Made by a program: the position numbers and the translations under genes. Below are positions 28,636-37,302 of a DNA stretch of 64,000 nucleotides, piece by piece. The DNA lies in IMG/VR virus record IMGVR_UViG_3300036770_007547, positions 1-64,000 of that record; one strand, 5' to 3'. Positions within the stretch are counted from its first letter, which is position 1; each line of letters starts with the position of its first letter. Under the pieces are notes generated by a model, which saw only the letters and a list, made by a program, of their open reading frames with translations, did not search any database and had not been told where the DNA came from.

Positions 28636-28850
28636 AAGCACCATAAGGCTTTTCACCGTGGGCCACTCATTGGCTTACCCCCCAAGGAGTGGTGCTTTCC
28701 AGGCACATCACTTGAGTTTTGTACCTACCTCGATCGGGCCCTTGGTAGGTACTGAGCGGTGTCACACCCGCGATAGGAATTAAGTGGCTGAGCCATGGAC
28801 CAAGGCGCCTTTGTCCGCCAACCCCTATCTATCGTGCCCCATCACTGCCA
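28636..28850 (-). ncRNA. candidate multi-stem structured RNA, family unknown
   Basis: No long ORF; seven or more helices; G-U pairs work only on minus strand; TTGATC-N17-TAACAT promoter at 28855-28883. Confidence 0.7.
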
Positions 28851-28982
28851 GTAGATGTTACTAGATATCTCGTGATTGATCAAGACGGTCTGGCCAAACG
28901 ATCAGGTAGATATTTCTTTGATTGGATCTGTTTCCACATGCGTTTCAATCGCCATACCAAATAATGCAACCACTCGCGACGG

Positions 28983-29120
28983 TCAATCATTGTGTTCTCC
29001 TTTTTCAGATATGATTCCAAGGAATGCCATCATCAATCCCAGTCCCAACCACACCGGGTCCCGGTCCAGGAATGACACTATACAAAACATCAGAGATGAT
29101 GTATACAAAAGTCCGCTCAT
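28983..29120 (-). CDS. small two-TM protein
   Basis: Start trimmed to MSGLLY; ATGA coupling. Confidence 0.5.
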   Translation of the reverse strand: MSGLLYTSSLMFCIVSFLDRDPVWLGLGLMMAFLGIISEKGEHND

Positions 29121-29797
29121 GTGTTTGGAACTCCCAGATGTTTTTTTACCAATTGCGATATCACACCATGTCCCTGGATGCTGGGATGCCAGTTGTCTTG
29201 ATCGGTCACGAGATTGTTGGATCGGCAATACTCCATCATGCCGCCGTGACCTTCGAGGTCCACTCTCCGGTGTGCTCGTGTGTTCATGAAGTCCTGGAAC
29301 CAGGGCGACAGATTACGGGCAGTGTGCTCCAACATGTACATGAAATGATAATCAAATCCACGAAGTTCTAGATAGCTGATCATTCCCATCAAAGCCAGTT
29401 CATTGGTCCACTCTGCGGGCGGTATGCCCATGCGTTTGAGATGTTTGACTGGCCTGCATCCGTGTGTGCGCCAGTTCACCCCCAACACCGAAGACCAAGG
29501 AAAATTGGCACTGCCAGTGACGTCGTCGGCCTCGCACATCACATCCACTCGAGCCATGTCACTGATGTTGAACAATACCCGGGTATGTTCGGGACGAAAA
29601 TGTGGTTGCCGTTGCAGAAACATCATGACATTGTTGGCAACGGCGAAATTGCCACCGCCTGACAGGCCCAAATTGGCGTACATGTCAATGCCATCCAGCA
29701 AAAAATGCGACCAAACCTGGGGATCACGTCGAGCGGTATCTAGATCACTGCTACCAGCAGTGAAACTGCAACCAGCCACCAACAATGTGTTTATCAA
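29117..29797 (-). CDS. SGNH/GDSL-like protein
   Basis: AGCSFT, NLGLSGGGN, DNWHP. Confidence 0.7.
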   Translation of the reverse strand: MINTLLVAGCSFTAGSSDLDTARRDPQVWSHFLLDGIDMYANLGLSGGGNFAVANNVMMFLQRQPHFRPEHTRVLFNISDMARVDVMCEADDVTGSANFPWSSVLGVNWRTHGCRPVKHLKRMGIPPAEWTNELALMGMISYLELRGFDYHFMYMLEHTARNLSPWFQDFMNTRAHRRVDLEGHGGMMEYCRSNNLVTDQDNWHPSIQGHGVISQLVKKHLGVPNT

Positions 29798-31176
29798 ACC
29801 TTTTCACCTGATTCGAAACCGCGGAATCTCACGAATCTCGGGAATCGGAGGCTGTAACTTCCGTCTTGGTTTTGTGTGATGGCATCAGCTTCGACTTCAA
29901 CCACATGACCAAGAAGCGCCAATCGATCCAGCCAATACTGATCACGATCACTGTCACTGAAGCCACTGCCAACATTGACCCGGATGTCACGTCCATTGTC
30001 TTTCCCTTCGCAAATCATGGCGCCGAGGCGGCCGGCATTGCGACCGGTACCTTCCTCGAAACCCGTGATGTTGAGATCCACTGTGATGGTGGGCTTCCAT
30101 TTCATCCAAAAGCTGGTGCGTTTGCACTCGTAGGGAGCGTCCACGGCCTTGATCATGATGCCTTCGAATCCCTCTTTCACAGCATCCTCGGCGAATCTGC
30201 GCATGATGTCATGTCCCTCGGCTGTGTCGAGATCCACTTCCAGGCCCGGCATGATGCGCAGGCAATCGGTCTGTTCTTCGAGACGCTCACGAGCCTGGTC
30301 CAGGATGGCCAGTCGTTTGTGTTGCTGTGCGTTCCAATATCCGCGCTCGAAGTCGTCCAAGGGAATGATGTCAAAGATATGATAGATCATGCCATCTGTT
30401 CGAGCATCGCTCTTGCGATGTGCCTGGCGCATGAGCTTTTGGAAACTCTCGCCCACCACTTCTCCGTCTAACACGAATCGGCCATTTGAATTCAAGCCAT
30501 GCCGGAACAATGATCTTGCGTTTTCGATGGCTTCTGCGATCTGCGGAAAGTTTTCAAACGCCTTGCCGTTGCGACTGTACAATGTGGCAGAATTGCCATT
30601 GACAACTGCCAGCACACGAACGCCATCCAATTTGCACTCCAGACGCTTGCGGCCTTTCAGCTTGCGGGGTTGATCTGTGCTGTCCTGTGCCAGCTGGCAA
30701 GTGAACACTGGGATGGCCCACTCGGTGTTCTTGCACACCTTGTTGATGGTTTTTTCGCTGACGCCGCAACGGAGATCCTTGATCAACACTCGGCGAGCCA
30801 AGCCGTTCCACTCATCGCTGTCAAACTCCTGCATGATTTCCTCGATGGCTGCTCGAGCGTTGCCGCCTGTGACACTTCGTGTGCGCAGGCTTTCACACAA
30901 GGCCCAGAATCGCACCCAAGGATTGGGTCGGCCTTCAAGGCCCGAGCTTTCGGGCACCTTCTTGACGTTGTAAGCGAAGTAGGGATTGTAGGCCAGATAC
31001 GCACAGTACAAAAAACACTGGGCATTGGCCGATCCCAGTTTGGCGGCCATGACAGCCTTTTCGATCACACTTTCTTTGTGCAACCGGCTGTCTGAACTTT
31101 CGAGATCTCTAATCCAGTCACATGCCACTTTTAAGCCATTGAACTCCGTGGACGACCAGGGTCTTGATGTTTTCAT
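29794..31176 (-). CDS. ATP-dependent DNA ligase
   Basis: KLDGVR, LDGE, IFD, EGIMIK, WMKWK, VGSGF, LRFPRF; GGAG RBS before MKTS. Confidence 0.96.
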   Translation of the reverse strand: MKTSRPWSSTEFNGLKVACDWIRDLESSDSRLHKESVIEKAVMAAKLGSANAQCFLYCAYLAYNPYFAYNVKKVPESSGLEGRPNPWVRFWALCESLRTRSVTGGNARAAIEEIMQEFDSDEWNGLARRVLIKDLRCGVSEKTINKVCKNTEWAIPVFTCQLAQDSTDQPRKLKGRKRLECKLDGVRVLAVVNGNSATLYSRNGKAFENFPQIAEAIENARSLFRHGLNSNGRFVLDGEVVGESFQKLMRQAHRKSDARTDGMIYHIFDIIPLDDFERGYWNAQQHKRLAILDQARERLEEQTDCLRIMPGLEVDLDTAEGHDIMRRFAEDAVKEGFEGIMIKAVDAPYECKRTSFWMKWKPTITVDLNITGFEEGTGRNAGRLGAMICEGKDNGRDIRVNVGSGFSDSDRDQYWLDRLALLGHVVEVEADAITQNQDGSYSLRFPRFVRFRGFESGEKV

Positions 31177-31266
31177 AGAGATTCTCCAATTCAAAAAATG
31201 CATTGTCGGGGTCTTGCCATAACAGCATCAAGAACGCGCCCAAAGCCAAGTACACGAGTATTCGTA

Positions 31267-31701
31267 TCATGATCCGGTCACCAAATGCAGTTCGTTGCCG
31301 TTCCGTAACTCAAACGCTTCGATAAAGATGTGATGATCATCGCCGCTGTTGCGGATGGCCCAGTCAGCGGCACGATACACATCGCCCCAAGTAAAGCCGA
31401 AAACTGGCACACGCTCACCTTGATAGACCACTGTCGCATCACCAGGATAGGGATGGTCTTTGAGGAATCCATGCTCGGGTAGTTCGTACATGCTCCAGAT
31501 GGATTCGAGCTTGTGATCGGCCTTGAATCGACCATAGTAGTCCATCTTGCGATCAAAGTCTTGCTCTTCTTGCTGATAAGCACCAGCCAGTGCCTCGCGG
31601 ATGATCTCGACGGTCTTTTGGATCCCATCGGCGTGGGCAAAGCAAAGAGCGTTATGGATCCGGGTGAACTCTTCTGCGGTAAGGGTAACTGCGGTATTCA
31701 T
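31267..31701 (-). CDS. hypothetical early phage protein
   Basis: AGGAG RBS after cassette promoter; SGDDHHIFIE motif. Confidence 0.8.
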   Translation of the reverse strand: MNTAVTLTAEEFTRIHNALCFAHADGIQKTVEIIREALAGAYQQEEQDFDRKMDYYGRFKADHKLESIWSMYELPEHGFLKDHPYPGDATVVYQGERVPVFGFTWGDVYRAADWAIRNSGDDHHIFIEAFELRNGNELHLVTGS

Positions 31702-31730
31702 GTCTGGCTCCTAATTTCTAACTATGCTAT

Positions 31731-31762
31731 ATTATAGCCGAAATCACCATTATTGGTCAACC
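31731..31762 (-). promoter_or_regulatory. early promoter cassette, copy 6
   Basis: GGTTGACC-N18-TATAAT. Confidence 0.85.
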
Positions 31763-31911
31763 GGGGTTTCCAGGTCTTGTAGCCGCAAATATTCGGCGTT
31801 GAGTTCCGCGATACGCTGTTCGGTGCGGGCATTGCCTTCAAGGTCCAGCTCGCCACGGATTTCCGAAAGGTAGATCAGTTGTTCGACCACTTCGTTGAGA
31901 GTGTTAGACAC
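31750..31911 (-). CDS. 53-aa coiled-coil protein
   Basis: AAGGAG RBS, GTG start; stop inside promoter cassette. Confidence 0.6.
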   Translation of the reverse strand: MSNTLNEVVEQLIYLSEIRGELDLEGNARTEQRIAELNAEYLRLQDLETPVDQ

Positions 31912-32302
31912 GGATGTTGTCTCCTTTTTCAATGAATTGAACTGCTTCGTCGATGCACATCTTGGCTCGCACGATGTCGTCGTACCCCATGAGCTCTTGG
32001 GCGTCACTGAGGATCGAGAAGGCCTGACCAGCAGGATCAAAAAAGAAGCCACGCTCGTCGCCGCGGTAGAACCGCTGGATGGTGATCTTCACACGGTTCA
32101 GGGTCTGGCGTGCATCTTCCACTTCGCCCCAGTTCAGTTCGCGCCAGGCCGACATCATCATGCGAGTGATGATTTGCACAGCCGAGTCGCCTTCACGGAC
32201 GTAACTGGCAACGGCTTCTTCTACTTGCTCACGGGTGGCACCAAACATGCGGAGTTCGCGCAATTCTTGCTGGTCGAGTTCTTGGTAGATTGCTGTAGTC
32301 AT
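31904..32302 (-). CDS. hypothetical early phage protein
   Basis: AAGGAG RBS after cassette promoter. Confidence 0.8.
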   Translation of the reverse strand: MTTAIYQELDQQELRELRMFGATREQVEEAVASYVREGDSAVQIITRMMMSAWRELNWGEVEDARQTLNRVKITIQRFYRGDERGFFFDPAGQAFSILSDAQELMGYDDIVRAKMCIDEAVQFIEKGDNIRV

Positions 32303-32334
32303 CGTCTGCTCCTTGTTGTTTACTGTATGTCTAT

Positions 32335-32365
32335 ATTATATGAAATTGGTAATTTCTGGTCAACC
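32335..32365 (-). promoter_or_regulatory. early promoter cassette, copy 7
   Basis: GGTTGACC-N17-TATAAT. Confidence 0.85.
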
Positions 32366-32381
32366 TGAGAAAACCCAGCTG

Positions 32382-32417
32382 GTAAGTGCCCGCTAACTTA
32401 GGTCAGTGAGCACTTAC
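32382..32417. promoter_or_regulatory. tandem pair of 16-bp quasi-palindromes, 20-bp period
   Basis: GTAAGTGCCCGCTAAC and GTCAGTGAGCACTTAC. Confidence 0.65.
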
Positions 32418-32578
32418 CAACTCTGGACCAAGTGATTCGTTGGCGCATCCAGTGGCACCATGAAGGAGTGGGTGAGCAGTTCAAAATCTTGGATATCGGG
32501 CTGCTCGGGACCATCGGTCTTGACCCTCAACATCACTCACGCTGTAAAAATGAATCCCGATATCGCAGTGTTGAAACA

Positions 32579-32610
32579 AGTATACCAGAAATGGCCTTTA
32601 TTGGTCAACC
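32579..32610 (-). promoter_or_regulatory. early promoter cassette, copy 8
   Basis: GGTTGACC-N18-TATACT. Confidence 0.75.
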
Positions 32611-32617
32611 GCCCTTG

Positions 32618-32788
32618 TCATTGGGGTTCGGGACCAACGCCACAGGCGTAAAAGAAGAGATCCTGATCAAAGCGGCTGTTGGCTTCTTTGCAGGCTGACG
32701 CCACAGCGATGGCCGCTTGGAGACGGGCATGGGGGTCAAGGATCGAGTCGATGTATTTGGCGAGCAGTTCAAAGTGTTTCTTAGACAT
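32618..32788 (-). CDS. 56-aa early protein
   Basis: Manual ORF MSKKHFELLA...NSRFDQDLFFYACG; AGGAG RBS. Confidence 0.75.
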   Translation of the reverse strand: MSKKHFELLAKYIDSILDPHARLQAAIAVASACKEANSRFDQDLFFYACGVGPEPQ

Positions 32789-32821
32789 GCTGTGGCTCCT
32801 GGTTGTTTACTGTATGCCTAC

Positions 32822-32852
32822 ATTGTATGAAAATGGGATTTATTGGTCAACC
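32822..32852 (-). promoter_or_regulatory. early promoter cassette, copy 9
   Basis: GGTTGACC-N17-TACAAT. Confidence 0.85.
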
Positions 32853-32857
32853 ACCAG

Positions 32858-32873
32858 GTTGGTGGGCACTGAC
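32858..32873. promoter_or_regulatory. 16-bp quasi-palindrome
   Basis: GTTGGTGGGCACTGAC, at the same offset from the -35 box as the 7983 copy. Confidence 0.6.
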
Positions 32874-35090
32874 TTAGTTGAGCTGGGTGTCTAGCTGGAT
32901 ACCGGCTTGGTTGAGGCGCTGGATGTTGCGTCCTTCGCGGAGACTGGCCAGCACGCTCTGCCCGCTGAGTGTGGCTGTGTTGGCCAAGGCAGTGACGATT
33001 TCGTTGGCACCGCCTGGCGAGATGTCAACCCCGTATTCGTGCAGGGCTTCGGCCCAGATCATGGTACTGCTCTGGCTGTTGTTGCCCAACTGATTGAAGT
33101 CAACTTCGGCCAGGGCAAGATTACCGACATTGCGTTTCACATAGTCGGCCACCGCGATCCAAGTCTGGTTCAGTGCGTCACACTGGGTGGGATACTGTGA
33201 GACGATGTTTGCAATGGCTGTGGCCGCCGCTGGTATCAGTCCCGCAGTCATGGCATCCTCGCGAGCAGCCGCCAACGAAGCAGCCGGCGACGCTGGATAT
33301 GTGCCAGCACCGGGAAGACCCGATGGTATCACGATCTGATAACCGGTGTCTCCGGGCATGGGGTAATCCGGTGTTTCCAACACATAAGAAGTGGTGGTCA
33401 GAGCATAGTCCATCACGGTGTACACGCCGTTGCTGGTGCTTGATGCGCTGCCTCCGTCGGTGATCAAGGCAGCGAAGGCATTCAGCTGTTGCATCTGTCC
33501 CAGTACCGATACTGTAGAATCTATGTCAGCATTGAGTCCTATGCCACTGGGCACTCCGATCACATCACTGAGCAGTACACGACCGTTGGCGCCAGTTCCT
33601 TCACCCAGGCTCTGTTCATAGAAGTTGCGCACCGAATTGGGGATTGGCACTGACAGCGTGGATATGGCCGAAAGATCATCGTTGGTTTCCACTGTGATCA
33701 TGGCTCGGGCCAAGGCCGCGAGATTGGTGCTGGCGATTTGTTTGACTTGCTGTAGACTGCGTGCCAGGCATTTGTTGGCCAGGGCTTGATCTGATGGTAT
33801 GATCTTGCTCAATGTTTCCAGCCCGGTTTGATCATTGGCGCCAACATAGGCTTGTACCGGATCGGTGGCAAACACCGACACGAGATTGGTGTTCACGCTC
33901 CAGTTTGATCCCGATCCTAGATAGATGTTGTACAGTCCGTTCACAGTGGGACACAACAAGGTGTAATAGCTCTTGGGAAATATGCGCCGAGGGTCCAGCA
34001 GCTGGGCCATGTTGGTGATGCCCGAAGCGGTCACACCCAGCACTGTCAGTATCTGATCGAGATCTTCGCCGGTCACTGACAGCATGACTTGATAGGCCAA
34101 TTTTTCTTGTTCGTTGGTGAGAGCATTGGTACCAAAACTGAGTTCCCGGATGGCCGATTCATCGATGCCGGCTTCCAGCAAGAGATCTGCCACGTTGGGC
34201 AGTGTACCCCCAGTGATCAATCCAATCTGCGCCAACAGCGCACCAGGAAATCCCAGCTCGTCGAGATTGGCTAGATTTATCAGCTGGCCCAGGGCCGACA
34301 TGTCCGTGGACAACGACAATAGATTGTTGCTGACTTGATTGAGTCCACCAGTGGTCAAGGTATTCATGCCACCTTGGCTGGTGCTGAATGTGCGTGCTAG
34401 AACTGTGCTGGCCTCGCCGGCTTCGATCACCGAGTTGCTTTGGAAAACATAGCCCTGGGCTGTGCCAAAAATCTGGCAGAATCGACTGAGATCACCGTTG
34501 CCTAGTATGCGTTCTCCGGTGGCTGTGATCACAGAGGAGAATGCCGGGTACACAGTCAGTGTCACGGTCCATGTTGGATCTCCCACCAGGCTCCAGTATG
34601 TGGGATCGGTGGGAAGATTGCCAGTGGTCGAGCCCAGTGCTTTGTAGATCTTGCTGTTGTACAACACTCGGTCATCGGTGTCGTAGGTGGTTTCATCCGA
34701 GTACGGCAACGACGGTGCTTGGCCTTGTGTGTCTGTGGTGGCCGAAAAAACACGTCCTTGGTAAATGACTTGGCTGCCAGTGCTGTAAAAGATCTGGCTG
34801 TTGTAGTTGGGCGCCGGATAAAGTTGCGACAGAGTGTAGGTACTGGGCGCATTGTTGGTCAATGCCGGCAAGTTGGTGCTGCCCAGAGCTCGCAATTCAT
34901 CCAATGCTGCTGGTGCATTGGTGGTGCATTGTGTGACGATGTTGTCGTAGTCATCGATCACTGGTTCATTGATGTAGGCATCAAGAGCAGTGCCCAATCC
35001 AGCACTGATCACCAGCGCCACCCCGATGTCAGCGGGTGGATTGGCCAGCAGTCCAGCACCGGCTATGGTTTGTACACTAGACAGCGACAT
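32874..35090 (-). CDS. virion structural protein with two CBM5/12-like modules
   Basis: YSTGSQVIYQGRVF and YDTDDRVLYNSKIYKA; adjacent to PAAR gene. Confidence 0.7.
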   Translation of the reverse strand: MSLSSVQTIAGAGLLANPPADIGVALVISAGLGTALDAYINEPVIDDYDNIVTQCTTNAPAALDELRALGSTNLPALTNNAPSTYTLSQLYPAPNYNSQIFYSTGSQVIYQGRVFSATTDTQGQAPSLPYSDETTYDTDDRVLYNSKIYKALGSTTGNLPTDPTYWSLVGDPTWTVTLTVYPAFSSVITATGERILGNGDLSRFCQIFGTAQGYVFQSNSVIEAGEASTVLARTFSTSQGGMNTLTTGGLNQVSNNLLSLSTDMSALGQLINLANLDELGFPGALLAQIGLITGGTLPNVADLLLEAGIDESAIRELSFGTNALTNEQEKLAYQVMLSVTGEDLDQILTVLGVTASGITNMAQLLDPRRIFPKSYYTLLCPTVNGLYNIYLGSGSNWSVNTNLVSVFATDPVQAYVGANDQTGLETLSKIIPSDQALANKCLARSLQQVKQIASTNLAALARAMITVETNDDLSAISTLSVPIPNSVRNFYEQSLGEGTGANGRVLLSDVIGVPSGIGLNADIDSTVSVLGQMQQLNAFAALITDGGSASSTSNGVYTVMDYALTTTSYVLETPDYPMPGDTGYQIVIPSGLPGAGTYPASPAASLAAAREDAMTAGLIPAAATAIANIVSQYPTQCDALNQTWIAVADYVKRNVGNLALAEVDFNQLGNNSQSSTMIWAEALHEYGVDISPGGANEIVTALANTATLSGQSVLASLREGRNIQRLNQAGIQLDTQLN

Positions 35091-35092
35091 GT

Positions 35093-35380
35093 TTATCCCA
35101 CAAACACATCACCGCTGCCCGAAGCGATGCGGGTACATCCACCATAGGAATCACCCACTCGGGCAAAGGGGCGTCCGTTCACAAACACAGTGCCACTGCC
35201 ATTGGATATTGATGCCGAATGTGACGGACATTTTTTTCCTGGACGTTTGTGTACCGTGCTTTTGTCACCTTGACGGGCTGCACCACGTCCGTTCACAAAC
35301 ACATCACCGCTGGCAGAAGCGATGTTGTGTCCACTGCAATGTACCACGTTGCTGTCACCCTTCCTTGCGGCTGCGGGCAT
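35093..35380 (-). CDS. PAAR-repeat spike-tip protein (T4 gp5.4-like)
   Basis: PAAARKGD, GAARQGD, PFARVGD; His/Cys ligands. Confidence 0.92.
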   Translation of the reverse strand: MPAAARKGDSNVVHCSGHNIASASGDVFVNGRGAARQGDKSTVHKRPGKKCPSHSASISNGSGTVFVNGRPFARVGDSYGGCTRIASGSGDVFVG

Positions 35381-35570
35381 GTTCTCTCTCCATGAGTTCA
35401 TCAAACTTCGTACCCCAAGATTCCAGGTCCTGGTGCTCGGCATCGGTGTGTGGTGGGGGAGGTACTTGGGGATCGAACTCGATCACATGCTCGATGTCTT
35501 CGGGTATGTCTTCGAATCGATGATATGTACGCACCTCGCCGTCTACCATCACCACGAATCGGTGGGGCAT
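35355..35570 (-). CDS. hypothetical phage protein
   Basis: FEDIPEDIEHVIEF.P..PPPPHT; within operon. Confidence 0.7.
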   Translation of the reverse strand: MPHRFVVMVDGEVRTYHRFEDIPEDIEHVIEFDPQVPPPPHTDAEHQDLESWGTKFDELMEREHARSRKEG

Positions 35571-35571
35571 G

Positions 35572-35871
35572 CTATCCAGTGATGATCTGGCGGCTCACTG
35601 GTGCGATACCAGTGGTGGCTTGGATATAGCTGTTACGCACATCTTCGCGCACAGTGGCCACCATCACCAATGCCGCAGTATTTAGTTGCACGTTTTTTTC
35701 AAGATTGGCGGAAAACAGGCTGGGCATCATCTGCAGACCTTGGGGAGAGATCACGGTGCTGATGGGTTGATTGATCTCCAGCACCGAATCTTCGGATGCA
35801 GTGACTTTGCCCACGAACTCTTCGCCGGTGGTGAGTTTGAATGTGTAAATTTCGTTGGTTTCGATTTTCAT
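35572..35871 (-). CDS. hypothetical protein, possible Sm-like fold
   Basis: TFKLTTGEEFVGKV; ATGA coupling. Confidence 0.7.
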   Translation of the reverse strand: MKIETNEIYTFKLTTGEEFVGKVTASEDSVLEINQPISTVISPQGLQMMPSLFSANLEKNVQLNTAALVMVATVREDVRNSYIQATTGIAPVSRQIITG

Positions 35872-36143
35872 AAGGTTCCTGAATCAAGTGATTCCCGTAG
35901 TTCGATCTCGTCGCGTATCTGCTCGGGGGTCATGCTACTTAAACCTTGCCAACCGCCGGGCACGAATAACTTGCCGTTGAGATAGATCTGGGGCACAGTG
36001 CGATGATTCTGGGAGCGTATGAATTCCAGTGCTTCGGGCTGTTTCTCGACATCGACTTCGGTAAAGGGTATGTTGTTTTGCTTGAGGTAATTTTTTGCAT
36101 TCACACAGAACGGACACACTTGTTTGCTATAAACTATCAACAT
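35868..36143 (-). CDS. glutaredoxin
   Basis: CPFC, RTVPQIY, GG. Confidence 0.95.
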   Translation of the reverse strand: MLIVYSKQVCPFCVNAKNYLKQNNIPFTEVDVEKQPEALEFIRSQNHRTVPQIYLNGKLFVPGGWQGLSSMTPEQIRDEIELRESLDSGTL

Positions 36144-36158
36144 TGTTTCTATCTCCAA

Positions 36159-37283
36159 TCAAAGGCTGAGACCAGCCAGTGTGTTTTCGGTGACATCTTG
36201 TTTGGTGCCACCCACCACATAGCTCACGATCTCGGTTTCTTGCGGTGCCACTTGCACTTCGGCACCGGCGATCCATTTCTGCGTCCAAGGCAAAGGGTTG
36301 CTGCCGCCCTTGAAAATGCCCGACAATCCAATGGCAGTCATGCGCTTGTTGGCGATCCATTCGATGTAGTCGCACAACAGTTGCTCGTTGAGTCCGATCA
36401 TGCTGCCATCACGGAACAGATAATGTGCCCAGGCTTTTTCTTGTGCCACGGCATCGCGGAACATGCTGATCATTTCCTCTTCGGTCTCGACACGGATGCG
36501 CTGGTAATCGGCATCATCTGTGGGAAGAATCTTCAGTAATTGTTGGGTGCTGGCCAGGTGCACGTTTTCATCACGTGCGATAAACTTAATGATCTTAGCG
36601 TTGCCCTCCATCTTCTTGAGCTCTGCAAACGCCCACGAGCACGCGAAAGACACATAGAACCTGATGCCCTCGAGAACATTGACCGAGGCCAAGCACAACC
36701 ACAATTTTTTCTTGAGTTCATATTCGCTCACTGAGAATTTGACACCGTTGCATTCGTGATCACCGGCACCCAGCAGTTGATACCATTGGCTGTAACGGAT
36801 GAGATCATCGTAGTATTTCGAAATGTCGTTGCCGCAAGTGATGATGTCTTCTATGTCCAGCATGCCATCAAACACGCTGGCTGGATCTGAATAGATGTTG
36901 CGGATGATGTGTGTGTAACTGCGACTATGGATTGTCTCTGAAAACGCCCAAGTCTCGATCCATGTCTCGAGTTCGGGAAGGCTCACCAATGGCAAGAGAG
37001 CCAGGTTGGGGCTCCTGCCCTGCACCGAATCTAGTAGGATCTGGCGCTTGAGATTGGCTGTGAAGATGTGCTGTTCGTTGGCTGTGAGGTCTTTGAAGTC
37101 CTTGGCATCACGCAACACATCCACTTCTTCGGGTCGCCAGAAGAATCCCAACTGCTTGTCAGTGAGTTTGTCAAACTGTCGATATTTCAGTGTGTCATAT
37201 CTCTGCATGCCCACGCCACCCTCGGGATCAAGGAAGGCCAGGCTCTTGGTATGATCTTTGTGTTTTAAGTTGAGCACAGTCAT
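36159..37283 (-). CDS. nrdB: ribonucleotide reductase class Ia beta subunit
   Basis: FFWRPEE, LDSVQGR, ETIHSRSY, LEGIRFYVSF, RDENVH, VAPQETE. Confidence 0.98.
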   Translation of the reverse strand: MTVLNLKHKDHTKSLAFLDPEGGVGMQRYDTLKYRQFDKLTDKQLGFFWRPEEVDVLRDAKDFKDLTANEQHIFTANLKRQILLDSVQGRSPNLALLPLVSLPELETWIETWAFSETIHSRSYTHIIRNIYSDPASVFDGMLDIEDIITCGNDISKYYDDLIRYSQWYQLLGAGDHECNGVKFSVSEYELKKKLWLCLASVNVLEGIRFYVSFACSWAFAELKKMEGNAKIIKFIARDENVHLASTQQLLKILPTDDADYQRIRVETEEEMISMFRDAVAQEKAWAHYLFRDGSMIGLNEQLLCDYIEWIANKRMTAIGLSGIFKGGSNPLPWTQKWIAGAEVQVAPQETEIVSYVVGGTKQDVTENTLAGLSL

Positions 37284-37302
37284 TTTGAATTCTTTCTTGT
37301 TG

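Noticed and set aside
28636-28850. tmRNA or RNase P identity for the structured RNA
   Set aside because: The 5' GGGGC is tmRNA-like, but there is no T-arm or CCA end. The RNase P GAGGAAAGUCC and P4 pairing are absent.
35093-35380. Type VI secretion system
   Set aside because: A lone PAAR gene in a phage context is the tail-spike tip.
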